Source: a virus (lineage: Duplodnaviria > Caudoviricetes). From it: a stretch of DNA of 52,053 nt. The stretch lies in IMG/VR virus record IMGVR_UViG_3300033552_000012, positions 1-52,053 of that record; one strand, written 5' to 3'. The translations under genes were made by a program, and so were the position numbers. The notes under the pieces are model-generated. The model worked only from the letters and a program-made list of their open reading frames with translations, made no database searches and was not told the DNA's origin. Below are positions 34,181 to 44,212 of this stretch, in pieces (the first letter of the stretch is position 1; every line of letters starts with the position of its first letter).

Positions 34181-36958
34181 ATGGCGACACTTTTAATAAC
34201 TAAAAAACCATCTAACGAATATTCCTTTATTGTAAACGGGAATACTTCGGATGAGATATTGAATCTAAGAAATGACCTTACGGTGGTGGGGAACAAATGC
34301 CATTTTAAGACTTCCAACGGAGCGAATTTAATTAAGGAACAGAATATTACCTTTAGTGATGTGACGCTAGTGGCGACAGGTACATTCACCTTTGTATCGG
34401 TTTATGCGTTGTTTTCTAAATTAAAAGAAGTTGGTTTTTTCGATTGGATAAGCGGTAGCGGGACTATTGGTGGCGCTACTAAATTCTCAGCTCTTGACGA
34501 CACTTTTGCGTATTTCGGTAAAGCTGGAAAAGCAGTGGTGGTTTCCAATGATGAATTACGCCTTGAAACAATAACCATTCATAATTACAGGAAATTTGTT
34601 GACTTGGAAGATACTTTTGATGTGATTGTACCCAATAAGATGCTTGTCACAGACAGCGCTGGGACGGGCATTATTCTACGGGATATTCCGCAAAGCCAAG
34701 TTGACAACCTTCCGTTTAACAATAGGATAAAGACCAAGACAGGATTTACTTTAGTGGGTCGTGATTTAACGGTTAATCCATCATGGGAGTGGGCATTGCA
34801 AGGAATAGATTACATAAATCTAGAATCACAAGTTGTTACCTTTCCCTATTCAGCAACCGGACTTTCAAGAATTGATTATGTAGTTCCCAATAATACTAAT
34901 GGTTTCAACAGGATAATAGGTCAGGAAAGCACAACTCCTGTAGCTCCGCAAATACCATACGAGGGGATGTATGTCACTTTTGTATTAGTAACTGATGCTA
35001 GTGTGGATTCAAATGGAGAGCCTGATTTAAGTGCTTACGCTACTACGCAATATGTGGATGGAAAAGATGCGCAGAAAGTAGATAAAGTAACAGGGAAAAG
35101 TTTACTTTTAGATACCGAAATCACACGTCTTGCTACATTGGCGAACTACACGCATCCTGCCAACCATCCGCCAAGTATCATTACCCAAGACGCAAGTAAT
35201 AGATTTGTGACAGATGCGGAGAAATCAACATGGAACGCTAAACAATCAGCATTAGGGTTTACACCTGAAAATGTAGCCAATAAAAACATAGCGAGTGGAT
35301 ATGCAGGATTAGGGGTTGATGGAAAACTTCTCTCTGCACAACTCCCCAGTATCACTATTTCAGACACTTTTGTAACAGCTTCGCAAGCTGCTATGCTTGC
35401 TGTTATAGCGCAGACAGGAGATGTAGCAGTACGAACCGATTTAAACAAAACATTTATATTAAAGGGTATAGACCCTACATTACTATCAGATTGGCAGGAA
35501 TTACTAACACCGACAAGTGCAGTAACGACTGTTTTTGGACGTAATGGAGTAGTTACCTCACAACTTGGAGACTACACAGCAGACCAAATAAATGAAACTG
35601 CTACTAGGGTGTTTCAAACAGTTGATCAAAGAACGAACAACGATGCAACAAGTCCGATACAGGCTCAAATAAATTTAAAAGCACCTTTAGCATCACCGGT
35701 ATTAACAGGAACACCAACAGCACCGACAGCCACAGCTGGAACAAACACCACGCAATTAGCAACAACAGCTTTTGTAACAGGTGCGGTAAGTAGCGCTAAT
35801 GGGAGTTTTGTTACATTAACTGGTAACGAAACGATAACTGGTCAAAAAACTTTTACTAACGCAAGTCCTATTTTATTAACTCAAAATGCGGTAGCTAAAG
35901 CTATTAGAGAGGTAAATGGGCAGGCTGGATTTAGCGTACAGGGTGGGAATGCCTCTCTCGCTAATGGAATGTTTAATACCTCCATGGATAGGGGCATATC
36001 TTTTTCTGCTTACGGAAACCCAAGTAGCTCAGGTAGGGCGTTTTATGCACAACTAGACCCAAGTAGTACGGTCATACCTTTTCAAGTTAATTTTAATGCG
36101 GCTACAACTTTTACACTTACAAAAGAAGGAGCAACAACAGCTTCATCATTTATAAAATCAGGTGCAACAACTACAGATGCATTATTAGCGGGCGGGACTA
36201 CCTTGGCTAATCCGATAAGTGGCACAGGAACAAACGGCAATATCGTAAAGTGGACAGCAGCAGGAACGCAAGGTAATAGTATAATGCAAGAAGTGGGCGC
36301 TGAAATACAAGTTAACGGAAATATTAAAGGAGGTTCAGCTACCTTCTCATCAAGTGTAACGGCAAATGGGGATGGTAGTTTTAACATCAAAAGGGCAAGC
36401 GACGATTTAACAGTAGCTTCTTTAAGCATTAATACAATTACTTCTGTAGCAAAATTAAATACTGCGTATTCTTTTCTTTCTTTTGAAACAGACAATATTG
36501 AAAGGGCGAGATTTTTCAATGGGAATTTATTAATAGGAAGTTCCACCAATGACGGATTTAATAAACTACAAGTGACTGGTAGTGCAAAAATAACATCACT
36601 AGGAGGCACAGGCTCACGAGTAGTTACAGCGGATGCAAGTGGGAATTTAAGTGCTACTAATACGTTAGATAATTTGACCATTATTCCAATAGAACTTGGA
36701 ACAGCCACAACCTTATCATCTACCCATAACGGATTGCCTTTGATTATAACAGCAAGTTGTACTATAACAATCCCAAATGGATTAGCAGCTGGGTTTAATA
36801 CTTCTATAATTACTTTAGCGGGCGTTACTGTTACTATTGCTTTGGGTAGTTCAGTTGTATTATTTAACAATACGGGTTTGACAATGCCTGAAAAATTAAG
36901 TTTCACTTTACAAGCAAGAACGACAACAAATAATTATATCACAACGGGTAACCTTTAA
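34181..36958 (+). CDS. Long tail fibre protein
   Basis: YTHPANHPPSII, VTTVFGRNG, APLASPVLTGTPTAPTA, ETITGQKTF fibre motifs. Confidence 0.85.
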   Translation: MATLLITKKPSNEYSFIVNGNTSDEILNLRNDLTVVGNKCHFKTSNGANLIKEQNITFSDVTLVATGTFTFVSVYALFSKLKEVGFFDWISGSGTIGGATKFSALDDTFAYFGKAGKAVVVSNDELRLETITIHNYRKFVDLEDTFDVIVPNKMLVTDSAGTGIILRDIPQSQVDNLPFNNRIKTKTGFTLVGRDLTVNPSWEWALQGIDYINLESQVVTFPYSATGLSRIDYVVPNNTNGFNRIIGQESTTPVAPQIPYEGMYVTFVLVTDASVDSNGEPDLSAYATTQYVDGKDAQKVDKVTGKSLLLDTEITRLATLANYTHPANHPPSIITQDASNRFVTDAEKSTWNAKQSALGFTPENVANKNIASGYAGLGVDGKLLSAQLPSITISDTFVTASQAAMLAVIAQTGDVAVRTDLNKTFILKGIDPTLLSDWQELLTPTSAVTTVFGRNGVVTSQLGDYTADQINETATRVFQTVDQRTNNDATSPIQAQINLKAPLASPVLTGTPTAPTATAGTNTTQLATTAFVTGAVSSANGSFVTLTGNETITGQKTFTNASPILLTQNAVAKAIREVNGQAGFSVQGGNASLANGMFNTSMDRGISFSAYGNPSSSGRAFYAQLDPSSTVIPFQVNFNAATTFTLTKEGATTASSFIKSGATTTDALLAGGTTLANPISGTGTNGNIVKWTAAGTQGNSIMQEVGAEIQVNGNIKGGSATFSSSVTANGDGSFNIKRASDDLTVASLSINTITSVAKLNTAYSFLSFETDNIERARFFNGNLLIGSSTNDGFNKLQVTGSAKITSLGGTGSRVVTADASGNLSATNTLDNLTIIPIELGTATTLSSTHNGLPLIITASCTITIPNGLAAGFNTSIITLAGVTVTIALGSSVVLFNNTGLTMPEKLSFTLQARTTTNNYITTGNL

Positions 36959-36968
36959 CTTTTAAATT

Positions 36969-37334
36969 ATGATACAGACTAAAGCAGCATTTTTCTACGA
37001 GGACAGAGGGGACAAGATCGCAAAGATAAAAATTGAAATAGAATCCTTTATTATGGACTTCAACGGGGCAACCTATAAGGTAAATGATTGGGCAATTGCA
37101 GAAAATGGCACTAAAACACTTTATAAAACAAAAGAGGTACGCTACACCAATGAAACCATCAATAATTTAGACGCTCATATTGTATCGACTAATGATTTTA
37201 CGGGAATGAGCAAGACTCAAATTGAATGGAAGAAAATGCAACTTGCACTGATGATGGACACGAAAACGAATTTACTCGCAAGCGGAACGACTATTTACAG
37301 ATTAAACCCTACGGATTGGGAGTTTATGGTCTAA
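36969..37334 (+). CDS. Hypothetical protein (fibre-associated)
   Basis: 121 aa. Confidence 0.65.
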   Translation: MIQTKAAFFYEDRGDKIAKIKIEIESFIMDFNGATYKVNDWAIAENGTKTLYKTKEVRYTNETINNLDAHIVSTNDFTGMSKTQIEWKKMQLALMMDTKTNLLASGTTIYRLNPTDWEFMV

Positions 37335-37657
37335 TGGGTTTTGTATTGTTTTTAATTGCATACAGTTTTTTTTTACCATTAACCATTATCAATTATTGCG
37401 TGGTAAAAAACAAAAAAGGGTATTTTAAATCATCTGCTATCAATTTGGATAAGTTTGGAAATAGAGAATTTAGGACATTGTTAAATCTGACTTTAAGAAC
37501 GCAAAAAGGCTATGAGTTTGGTAATATGAACGAAACCATATCAGGCGTTTTAGGAAAAAATGAAAGGGATAACACCTTGACAAAAACAGGTAAAACAGTA
37601 GTTTGGATTTTAGATAAATTAGACAATAACCACGCGCAAAAAAGCATTGACAAATGA
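37334..37657 (+). CDS. Membrane-associated hypothetical protein
   Basis: Start re-assigned to the TAATG overlap at 37334; LDKFGN...ETISGVLGK...LDNNH. Confidence 0.65.
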   Translation: MGFVLFLIAYSFFLPLTIINYCVVKNKKGYFKSSAINLDKFGNREFRTLLNLTLRTQKGYEFGNMNETISGVLGKNERDNTLTKTGKTVVWILDKLDNNHAQKSIDK

Positions 37658-39168
37658 ACTTAGTAACACGGCAGATTTACGGACTAAAAAAAATAAGCTC
37701 ACCCAACACCTTTATAGGCGGGGTTTCTCCAACTATTGGAACGGCTCAATTGTTAGCTACTGCCTTGGCTATTAACGTAAGTATGATTACAAATTTCTCA
37801 GTTGTAGGGAGTGATATTAAATGCCGTATTACGGGCAGTTATGTGATTCCTGGGAATTGTTTTTTAAACAGTACCTCTATTACTTCTTTTATAGATAAAG
37901 ATAATTTAGTTACTAATATTGGTGAAAGTTCTTTCCGTAATACAACACTTATTTCAGAGCTTAATTTTGAGGGAGTCATTACTCACTCAGCACCCTTTTC
38001 TAATCGAAACTCTAACGTAAAGAGAGTAATATTAAAAAATTGCACCGCTATCACCGCAGGTACTTTTTATACGGACTCCTCTATAATGGAGTTTTATTAC
38101 ATCGCAAGGGCAACAACTCTTGGAAACACAGTTGGGGACGAAGGTATTTTTTATAATGCAAGCACCTATCCTGCTACGATTATCTATACCAACCCTTTTT
38201 TACAGACGAATAATGCGGGGAGTGAAGATGGAGATATTGCTTATGCACGTTCTAAAGGTTGTGTTATAAGGTATGTAACAAGCTTCACTGCTCCAAATCC
38301 AGTGACTACATTAACAACGGGAACGATTTATAACACGGCAATACAGTTGAATTTCACCCCGCCAAGCAGTGCCAATGCCATTGATTATTATGAATGTTAT
38401 GCTAATGGTGTTTTTTACAAAATAGGTGCAAGCGGAGATTACGTGACAAAATTAACAGCTTCAACTTCTTATGTTTTTACGATTTATGCAAGAGATATTT
38501 TTTATAATTTATCTTTAGTTTCAAATTCAATTACTCAATCGACAAATACAACTAATCCATCAGTTCCTACAACGGGTTTAGTTTCTTACTTCAAATTTGA
38601 TTCAAACTCAAACGACAGCTACGGTTTAAATAATGGGGTTGATACCTCCGTTACTTATGGTGTTGGAAAAATAGGAAACGCAGTGGTCTACAACGGTAGC
38701 ACGTCTAAAACCGTTATCGGAAATCCAGCTAATTTACAATTATCACAAGGTACTGTTTGTGCGTGGATAAAGACAAGCGGTGCGGGGAGTAGTTATAGAT
38801 GTATATTTTCAAAAGAAAATGCGTATGCCTTATTTTTAGTTGATGGGGTATTAATGTTTTACAACTGGGGGACTTTCGGGGCTGTTGGAAATAAATCGAC
38901 AGGAATAAACCTAAACGATGGCTTATGGCATCACGTAGCGTTAGTTTTTGAAAACGGAACGGCAAACAATTACATTTATATTGACGGGGTTTTGAAATTG
39001 ACTTTTTCAATGGGGGTCTTAAATCAGACCTCCCCATTTCAAATAGGGCAAAATTCAGGAACGCAATTTATAAACGCAACAATTGACGAAATGCCTATTT
39101 ATAGCACGAAATTAAAGCAGTTCCAAATAGATTTGATTTACAACGCAGGTACAGGAACAACATTATAA
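37654..39168 (+). CDS. Multi-domain adhesin/receptor-binding-like protein (LRR-like, FN3, LamG/concanavalin-like)
   Basis: VTNIGESSFRN, FN3-type LNFTPP...YVFTIYARD, LamG-type NDGLWHHVALV...IYIDG. Confidence 0.75.
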   Translation: MNLVTRQIYGLKKISSPNTFIGGVSPTIGTAQLLATALAINVSMITNFSVVGSDIKCRITGSYVIPGNCFLNSTSITSFIDKDNLVTNIGESSFRNTTLISELNFEGVITHSAPFSNRNSNVKRVILKNCTAITAGTFYTDSSIMEFYYIARATTLGNTVGDEGIFYNASTYPATIIYTNPFLQTNNAGSEDGDIAYARSKGCVIRYVTSFTAPNPVTTLTTGTIYNTAIQLNFTPPSSANAIDYYECYANGVFYKIGASGDYVTKLTASTSYVFTIYARDIFYNLSLVSNSITQSTNTTNPSVPTTGLVSYFKFDSNSNDSYGLNNGVDTSVTYGVGKIGNAVVYNGSTSKTVIGNPANLQLSQGTVCAWIKTSGAGSSYRCIFSKENAYALFLVDGVLMFYNWGTFGAVGNKSTGINLNDGLWHHVALVFENGTANNYIYIDGVLKLTFSMGVLNQTSPFQIGQNSGTQFINATIDEMPIYSTKLKQFQIDLIYNAGTGTTL

Positions 39169-39236
39169 TGAAAACTTTAACAATAGCAACACTAATAGCA
39201 ATAATAATAGTAACAATTTTAATTTATATTTTATGA
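39168..39236 (+). CDS. 22-aa hydrophobic micro-ORF
   Basis: MKTLTIATLIAIIIVTILIYIL; TAATG overlap upstream, ATGA overlap downstream. Confidence 0.5.
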   Translation: MKTLTIATLIAIIIVTILIYIL

Positions 39237-39460
39237 CAAAATTTTCAACAAAGGCAATCGTTTTAGAAACTCCAAGATGGGCTAAAATAATGTTTAGGAT
39301 TGTATTTCTAATCACCACCGCTTTGACTTTGTTTATTATGGGGACTACCTTGATGGAAGAAAATGCAAAGTATGAATTAATGCTTGCCGTTAAGTCTTTA
39401 GATGTTTTGATTTATGGAATTAGTAAAATGTTTGGTATTGAGAAAGAAGAAATAGCCTGA
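39233..39460 (+). CDS. Putative holin
   Basis: 75 aa, two hydrophobic segments, lysis region. Confidence 0.55.
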   Translation: MTKFSTKAIVLETPRWAKIMFRIVFLITTALTLFIMGTTLMEENAKYELMLAVKSLDVLIYGISKMFGIEKEEIA

Positions 39461-39519
39461 CAAATCTGATTGACATAAACCCCATAATTAAGTTATAACC
39501 TACAAATACCATATTACGC

Positions 39520-39819
39520 ATGAGTTCAATAATAGAAGATAAAATAGACAAATTAGAAAGTCATTTTAAGGAGTTTCGTAAGGATGCAAATGAAGATCGG
39601 GTTTTATTACAGAATATGAGTTATTCTTTGTTAGGCAGTGCTTTTAATGGAAATAAAGGGGTTATTTCCTTTTTAGAAGATTTTGAGAAGCGGATACAAG
39701 TATTAGAGGACAAGCAAATATTAGCAGACGAGAAAGCAAGTAACATGAAGTGGTTTGAGCGAGGTGTAATAGGTGTCATCTTCACTTATTTAGCCTATTT
39801 AATAACACATATAAAATAA
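39520..39819 (+). CDS. Membrane-anchored coiled-coil lysis-region protein
   Basis: Coiled coil plus C-terminal TM, just upstream of the endolysin. Confidence 0.55.
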   Translation: MSSIIEDKIDKLESHFKEFRKDANEDRVLLQNMSYSLLGSAFNGNKGVISFLEDFEKRIQVLEDKQILADEKASNMKWFERGVIGVIFTYLAYLITHIK

Positions 39820-39825
39820 AATACT

Positions 39826-40371
39826 ATGGGCTTGCAGGAAAAATATAAGACATTACTCGAATCATATTCTGTCAATACACCTTTAAGACAGGCACATTTT
39901 TTTAGCCAAATGGAACATGAGTCTGGTTTAAAACCTATTGGTGAAAATCTTAATTATGGAATAGGGGGATTATTAAGTACCTTCTCTAAATATTTTACAG
40001 AAGATACGGCTAAAATTTACGCTAGAAAACCGGAAAAGATTGCTAATAAAGTGTATGCTAATAGAATGGGTAACGGAAACGAGGCAAGCGGTGATGGTTG
40101 GAAATACAGAGGAAGAGGATTTATTCAGATAACAGGTAAAAATAATTACATCATATTATCTAAAGATACTAAAATTGACTTTGTAAACAATCCTGATTTA
40201 CTCTTAACGGAAGTCAATTCCATGATTTCTGCTTTGTGGTATTGGAATAAAAACGCATTAAATGCTTTGGCGGATGAAAATGATGTCAAAGGCATCACAA
40301 GAAGAATAAACGGAGGGTATAACGGATTAGAACACCGTAAAGAGTTACTTGCTAAATACCTTAACAAATAA
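39826..40371 (+). CDS. Endolysin, glycoside hydrolase family 19
   Basis: AHFFSQMEHES, ENLNY, GDGWKYRGRGFIQITGKNNY, ITRRINGGYNGL. Confidence 0.92.
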   Translation: MGLQEKYKTLLESYSVNTPLRQAHFFSQMEHESGLKPIGENLNYGIGGLLSTFSKYFTEDTAKIYARKPEKIANKVYANRMGNGNEASGDGWKYRGRGFIQITGKNNYIILSKDTKIDFVNNPDLLLTEVNSMISALWYWNKNALNALADENDVKGITRRINGGYNGLEHRKELLAKYLNK

Positions 40372-40441
40372 AAAAACAAAACCTAACACACCTGTCAATT
40401 TGGCTTTTTGCCTTGGCGATGGGTATTTTAAACCAATAATT

Positions 40442-41173
40442 ATGAAACCGATAAACTTTGAATTAATACAGAAAACGGTCTTTAAATTACTGCCGTACAT
40501 TGGGATTTTGATACTTTCGACGATGATTTACTTTAAGATGAATGAAAACTCTAAGTTGAAAGTGGAAGTAAAAACACACAAAGAGCAAGCTAAAGTATAC
40601 GTAGAAACCGCCAAAGGATATGTGAAAGAATCAGACGAGTTAAAAAAACAAGTGCCAAAGCTGAAATCAGACGTTACTGCCCTTGAAAAAAATAGCCGTT
40701 TGAAAGACTCAGAGATTGACTTACTAAAAAAAAAGGTTAAAGCTAAATTAGACATTGTAAGCACGTATAATTCAAACGACATTGCTTTATACTACCAAAG
40801 CCGATACAACGATAAAAAAGGGGTTGTTTTGACCCAATACGGGGTGGCTTTAGTAGATACGATAGCTAAGAGAAATATTTCGGAGCTTACCTTATTTGAC
40901 GGGGCAAAAAAGGAATTGGTTTTAACTAACGAAAAACTAAGCACCACAGAAAAAATAGTAGTCTTGAAAGATACGATTATCGCCAATGTAGAAAAACAGA
41001 ATGACAAATTATCACTTGCTATAGCTGAAAACAATAAGGCTTTATACAAAAAAGAGGAGGTTATCAAAGACACCGAGAAAATGTTCAGGCGGGAACGCAA
41101 TAAAAAGAATTTTTGGAAAGTGGCGACCACCACAGTAATAGCCGGAGCAAGTTATTTATTATTAATACAATAA
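40442..41173 (+). CDS. Spanin-like membrane coiled-coil protein
   Basis: N-terminal TM, long coiled coil, C-terminal hydrophobic tail; ATG 40442 preferred. Confidence 0.5.
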   Translation: MKPINFELIQKTVFKLLPYIGILILSTMIYFKMNENSKLKVEVKTHKEQAKVYVETAKGYVKESDELKKQVPKLKSDVTALEKNSRLKDSEIDLLKKKVKAKLDIVSTYNSNDIALYYQSRYNDKKGVVLTQYGVALVDTIAKRNISELTLFDGAKKELVLTNEKLSTTEKIVVLKDTIIANVEKQNDKLSLAIAENNKALYKKEEVIKDTEKMFRRERNKKNFWKVATTTVIAGASYLLLIQ

Positions 41174-41179
41174 TCTAAA

Positions 41180-41518
41180 ATGGACAAACTGATAGCAGAT
41201 CACAAAAGAGGCACGACATGGGACGGGATTAGTTTTCTATTTGAAGAACCACAGCCAAACGGTACGTATTTACCTACTAATTTAACAGGGGTAAAAATTA
41301 TAATTGATTTCCTATGGGTTAAAAATGGAGAACCGGTGTTTTCGTTTAGCACATTGAATGGTACTATAACTATTCCTAATCCGTTGAACGGAGTTGTATT
41401 TATGCAAAGTAGATTAATAACAGTTCCTGAAAACAGATACATGTTTGACGTGAAATTAACCTTAGCAAACGGGGATATAAAAGAGCCTATTTCTGACTAT
41501 TGGACAATTATCTCATGA
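41180..41518 (+). CDS. BppU-N-like structural protein
   Basis: KRGTTW...NLTG...YMFDVKLT pattern. Confidence 0.55.
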   Translation: MDKLIADHKRGTTWDGISFLFEEPQPNGTYLPTNLTGVKIIIDFLWVKNGEPVFSFSTLNGTITIPNPLNGVVFMQSRLITVPENRYMFDVKLTLANGDIKEPISDYWTIIS

Positions 41519-42081
41519 GAATAACAGCGATACAAAATATAAAACAATATACCGTTACTGCAAATCAAACTATTAAACAAGTTCGTGTGGTGGTTAATCC
41601 TGCGGTGCAAAAAGTTACTAAAATTACCGTTGCCCAATTAGGAGAAAGAGGCTATACAGGAATTTCTGCTTATGAAATAGCGGTAAAAAATGGTTTTGTA
41701 GGAACAGAGGCGCAATGGTTGGACAGTTTGAAAAATAAACCTACTGTTAAGATAGCAGGGGAATCAATTCCAAGTCATACCGCAATCGCCTTATTTGACA
41801 ATAAAGCCTATAAACTAGACCCGTCAAATGTAGCGCATCAATTTGCTTTTATTGGATTTAGTTTGAATGGGGCTTTAATAGGACAAGAATGTATAATTAA
41901 AGAAGTTGGCGAGGTTTATTTAGCAGGTTGGGGCTTAGTGCCAAATCAACATTATCTAGCGGGAATCAACGGTACTTTAATAACGAACAATAGTAGCACT
42001 ACTAATTTCACCAAGGTTATAGGATATGCAACAACAGCAGACTCCTTAAAAATAGTAACATCACAAACAACTAATAAATAA
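41515..42081 (+). CDS. Fibre/decoration-like protein
   Basis: GERGYTGISAYEIAVKNGFVGTEAQWLDSLK; ATGA overlap with the previous gene. Confidence 0.6.
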   Translation: MRITAIQNIKQYTVTANQTIKQVRVVVNPAVQKVTKITVAQLGERGYTGISAYEIAVKNGFVGTEAQWLDSLKNKPTVKIAGESIPSHTAIALFDNKAYKLDPSNVAHQFAFIGFSLNGALIGQECIIKEVGEVYLAGWGLVPNQHYLAGINGTLITNNSSTTNFTKVIGYATTADSLKIVTSQTTNK

Positions 42082-42087
42082 AAACAA

Positions 42088-42594
42088 ATGGCAGTACACA
42101 AGGTTATCCAAATCAGCTCTACAGGAGCGCACTCAGAGTATTCAGGAAAAGCAACATCAGCAGGGGCAGGTGACGCAGGGGAATTTATTATTTTAGCCGC
42201 AGATGGTAAACTAGACGCAACGGTACTCCCTAACGGAGTAGGCGCAGATGCAAATACACTTGTCGCAGGGGAAGCATTAGCAGCGGGTGATTTTGTATAT
42301 GTTTTAGCGGGCGGTACGGTGATGAAAGCAGATGCTACAGCCTTTGCCAAAAGAGCAATGGGTTACGTTATTACTTCGGTATTAAACGCAGGAAATGCAA
42401 CGGTTTTTTACGATGACAGCAACTCCGCACTATCAGCCCTTACGCCTGGAACAAACTACTATCTTAGTGCAACACCTGGATTAGCTACAGCAACAGCTCC
42501 AACCACAGCAGGTCAATTTGTACAAGAGCTAGGATTTGCTTCGAGTGCCACAAGTTTACACGTAAGTATTAAAACGACTGTATTAAGAGCGTAA
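42088..42594 (+). CDS. Capsid decoration/head-fibre-like protein
   Basis: AGEALAAGDFVYV...LTPGTNYYLS..PG; A/G/T-rich. Confidence 0.6.
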   Translation: MAVHKVIQISSTGAHSEYSGKATSAGAGDAGEFIILAADGKLDATVLPNGVGADANTLVAGEALAAGDFVYVLAGGTVMKADATAFAKRAMGYVITSVLNAGNATVFYDDSNSALSALTPGTNYYLSATPGLATATAPTTAGQFVQELGFASSATSLHVSIKTTVLRA

Positions 42595-42597
42595 AAA

Positions 42598-42921
42598 ATG
42601 GCAAAAGTACTAACTATAAGTGTACTTGGTAGAACTGAAGCAGTAGACGATAGAATTGTCGCTGCTTTAAGTACTCAAAGTATTACAGCGGGTAATTCGT
42701 CTAGCACGGACTATGTTTTCTTATGTACGGGAATATGTACTGTAACTTTACCTACAGCAGTAGATAATTTTAATAAGTACACCGTAAAACGACTAACAGC
42801 CACAATCACTATAAACACAACCTTATCGCAAACAATTGATGGATCGACTTCGGCTCAATTGTTAGTAGACAATCAAAGTGTAGATATAATATCCAACGGG
42901 ACTAACTGGCTAATAATTTAA
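42598..42921 (+). CDS. Fibre-tip-like structural protein
   Basis: TVTLPTA...QTIDG...SNGTNW. Confidence 0.6.
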   Translation: MAKVLTISVLGRTEAVDDRIVAALSTQSITAGNSSSTDYVFLCTGICTVTLPTAVDNFNKYTVKRLTATITINTTLSQTIDGSTSAQLLVDNQSVDIISNGTNWLII

Positions 42922-42924
42922 AAT

Positions 42925-44013
42925 ATGGCATACAACCCAACAAACCCGAACGGTCAGGCACTAATGGCAAATAGTGCGCCTGTAGTTATAGCAAGTAATC
43001 AATCTGCTATACCTGTTTCATTAGCAACAAATACACCCGATGTTACAGATAGAGCCGCAAGATTATTAGGAGTTACTTCAATACGAGGATTAGCAATTGC
43101 TAATCAATCAACTCCTTTTGCGGCAGCAGCGGTAGGTTCAACAGTAGGGCTTGATGTATCAGCAGCGGCAAATATTACTTTTATAGTAAAAAATACGGTA
43201 GCTGCAACCGCTTGGACAGGAACTCCTGTAATTGTTTTTGAACAATCAGACGATAACGTTTCGTGGGCAGTGCTTGTAGTAGTAAGAAATGACACATCAT
43301 TAGCAGCATCGACACATACTTTACCAGCCAATACTGCAAATACATCATATATGTTTGATGCGGCAATGGAAGGGGCAACTTTTACTAGAGCAAGAGTAAC
43401 TACAGGTACAACAGCAAATGGAATGACCATAGTTGTTCAACCGGGAAGCCTTTCTTTTTCTCCGACAGTTACCGCAATGCTAAATACTGAAACAACAAAA
43501 GTAATAGGAACTGTAAATTTACCATCCCCTGCAATCACCTATTCAGCGGTGGCAAACGGAATAGTACCTGCGACAGCAGCTACGGATTTAGTAACGATAT
43601 ACGGATCAGCGACTAAAACCATAAACATATTGAATGTGTGGGTCACAGGGGTACAAACCACGGCAGGACAAGCTCAGGTTTTATTAATTAAACGTTCCAC
43701 AGCTAACTCAGCAGGAACATCGACAGCACCCGTAAAAATCCCTTATGACTCTAACGATGTAGCAGCTACCGCTACTTTTCTAGCCTACACAGCGAACCCA
43801 ACACTAGGAACCGCAATAGGAAACGTAAGGGGTGATAGGGCATTTTTACCGGGTGCGGCAAGTGCCTCGGATGCACAAGGATTGACTTGGAGTTTTATTA
43901 ACGGTAAAAATATGATATTAAGGGGAGTCGCTCAGGGTATAGCAATCAACTTAAACGCTGCAACATTAGCGGGAGGTTCAATAAATGTGACTATAGAATG
44001 GACAGAAGTGTAA
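42925..44013 (+). CDS. Structural/fibre-like protein
   Basis: GQALMANSAPVVIASNQSAIPV repeat motif; A/T-rich. Confidence 0.6.
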   Translation: MAYNPTNPNGQALMANSAPVVIASNQSAIPVSLATNTPDVTDRAARLLGVTSIRGLAIANQSTPFAAAAVGSTVGLDVSAAANITFIVKNTVAATAWTGTPVIVFEQSDDNVSWAVLVVVRNDTSLAASTHTLPANTANTSYMFDAAMEGATFTRARVTTGTTANGMTIVVQPGSLSFSPTVTAMLNTETTKVIGTVNLPSPAITYSAVANGIVPATAATDLVTIYGSATKTINILNVWVTGVQTTAGQAQVLLIKRSTANSAGTSTAPVKIPYDSNDVAATATFLAYTANPTLGTAIGNVRGDRAFLPGAASASDAQGLTWSFINGKNMILRGVAQGIAINLNAATLAGGSINVTIEWTEV

Positions 44014-44066
44014 ATATAGACATAAAGATTAAATAGTTTTGGTTTCTATTTATTTGGTTAGTAGGG

Positions 44067-44100
44067 AAAAAGGCGGTGCGAAAGTGCTGCCTTTTCTTTT
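44067..44100 (+). terminator. Intrinsic terminator
   Basis: AAAAAGGCGGTGC-GAAA-GTGCTGCC-TTTTCTTTT. Confidence 0.75.
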
Positions 44101-44212
44101 GTTATGGGGCAAAATAGTATTTAAAACGGTTTGTTTATCAATAGTGTACAAAAAATGTAGTACTTTTATCGTCATAAAATTCTTGTTATTATAAACTTAA
44201 CCCCAAATAAGT

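Noticed and set aside
32938-39168. Diversity-generating retroelement acting on fibre genes
   Set aside because: No reverse transcriptase and no near-identical TR/VR pair seen
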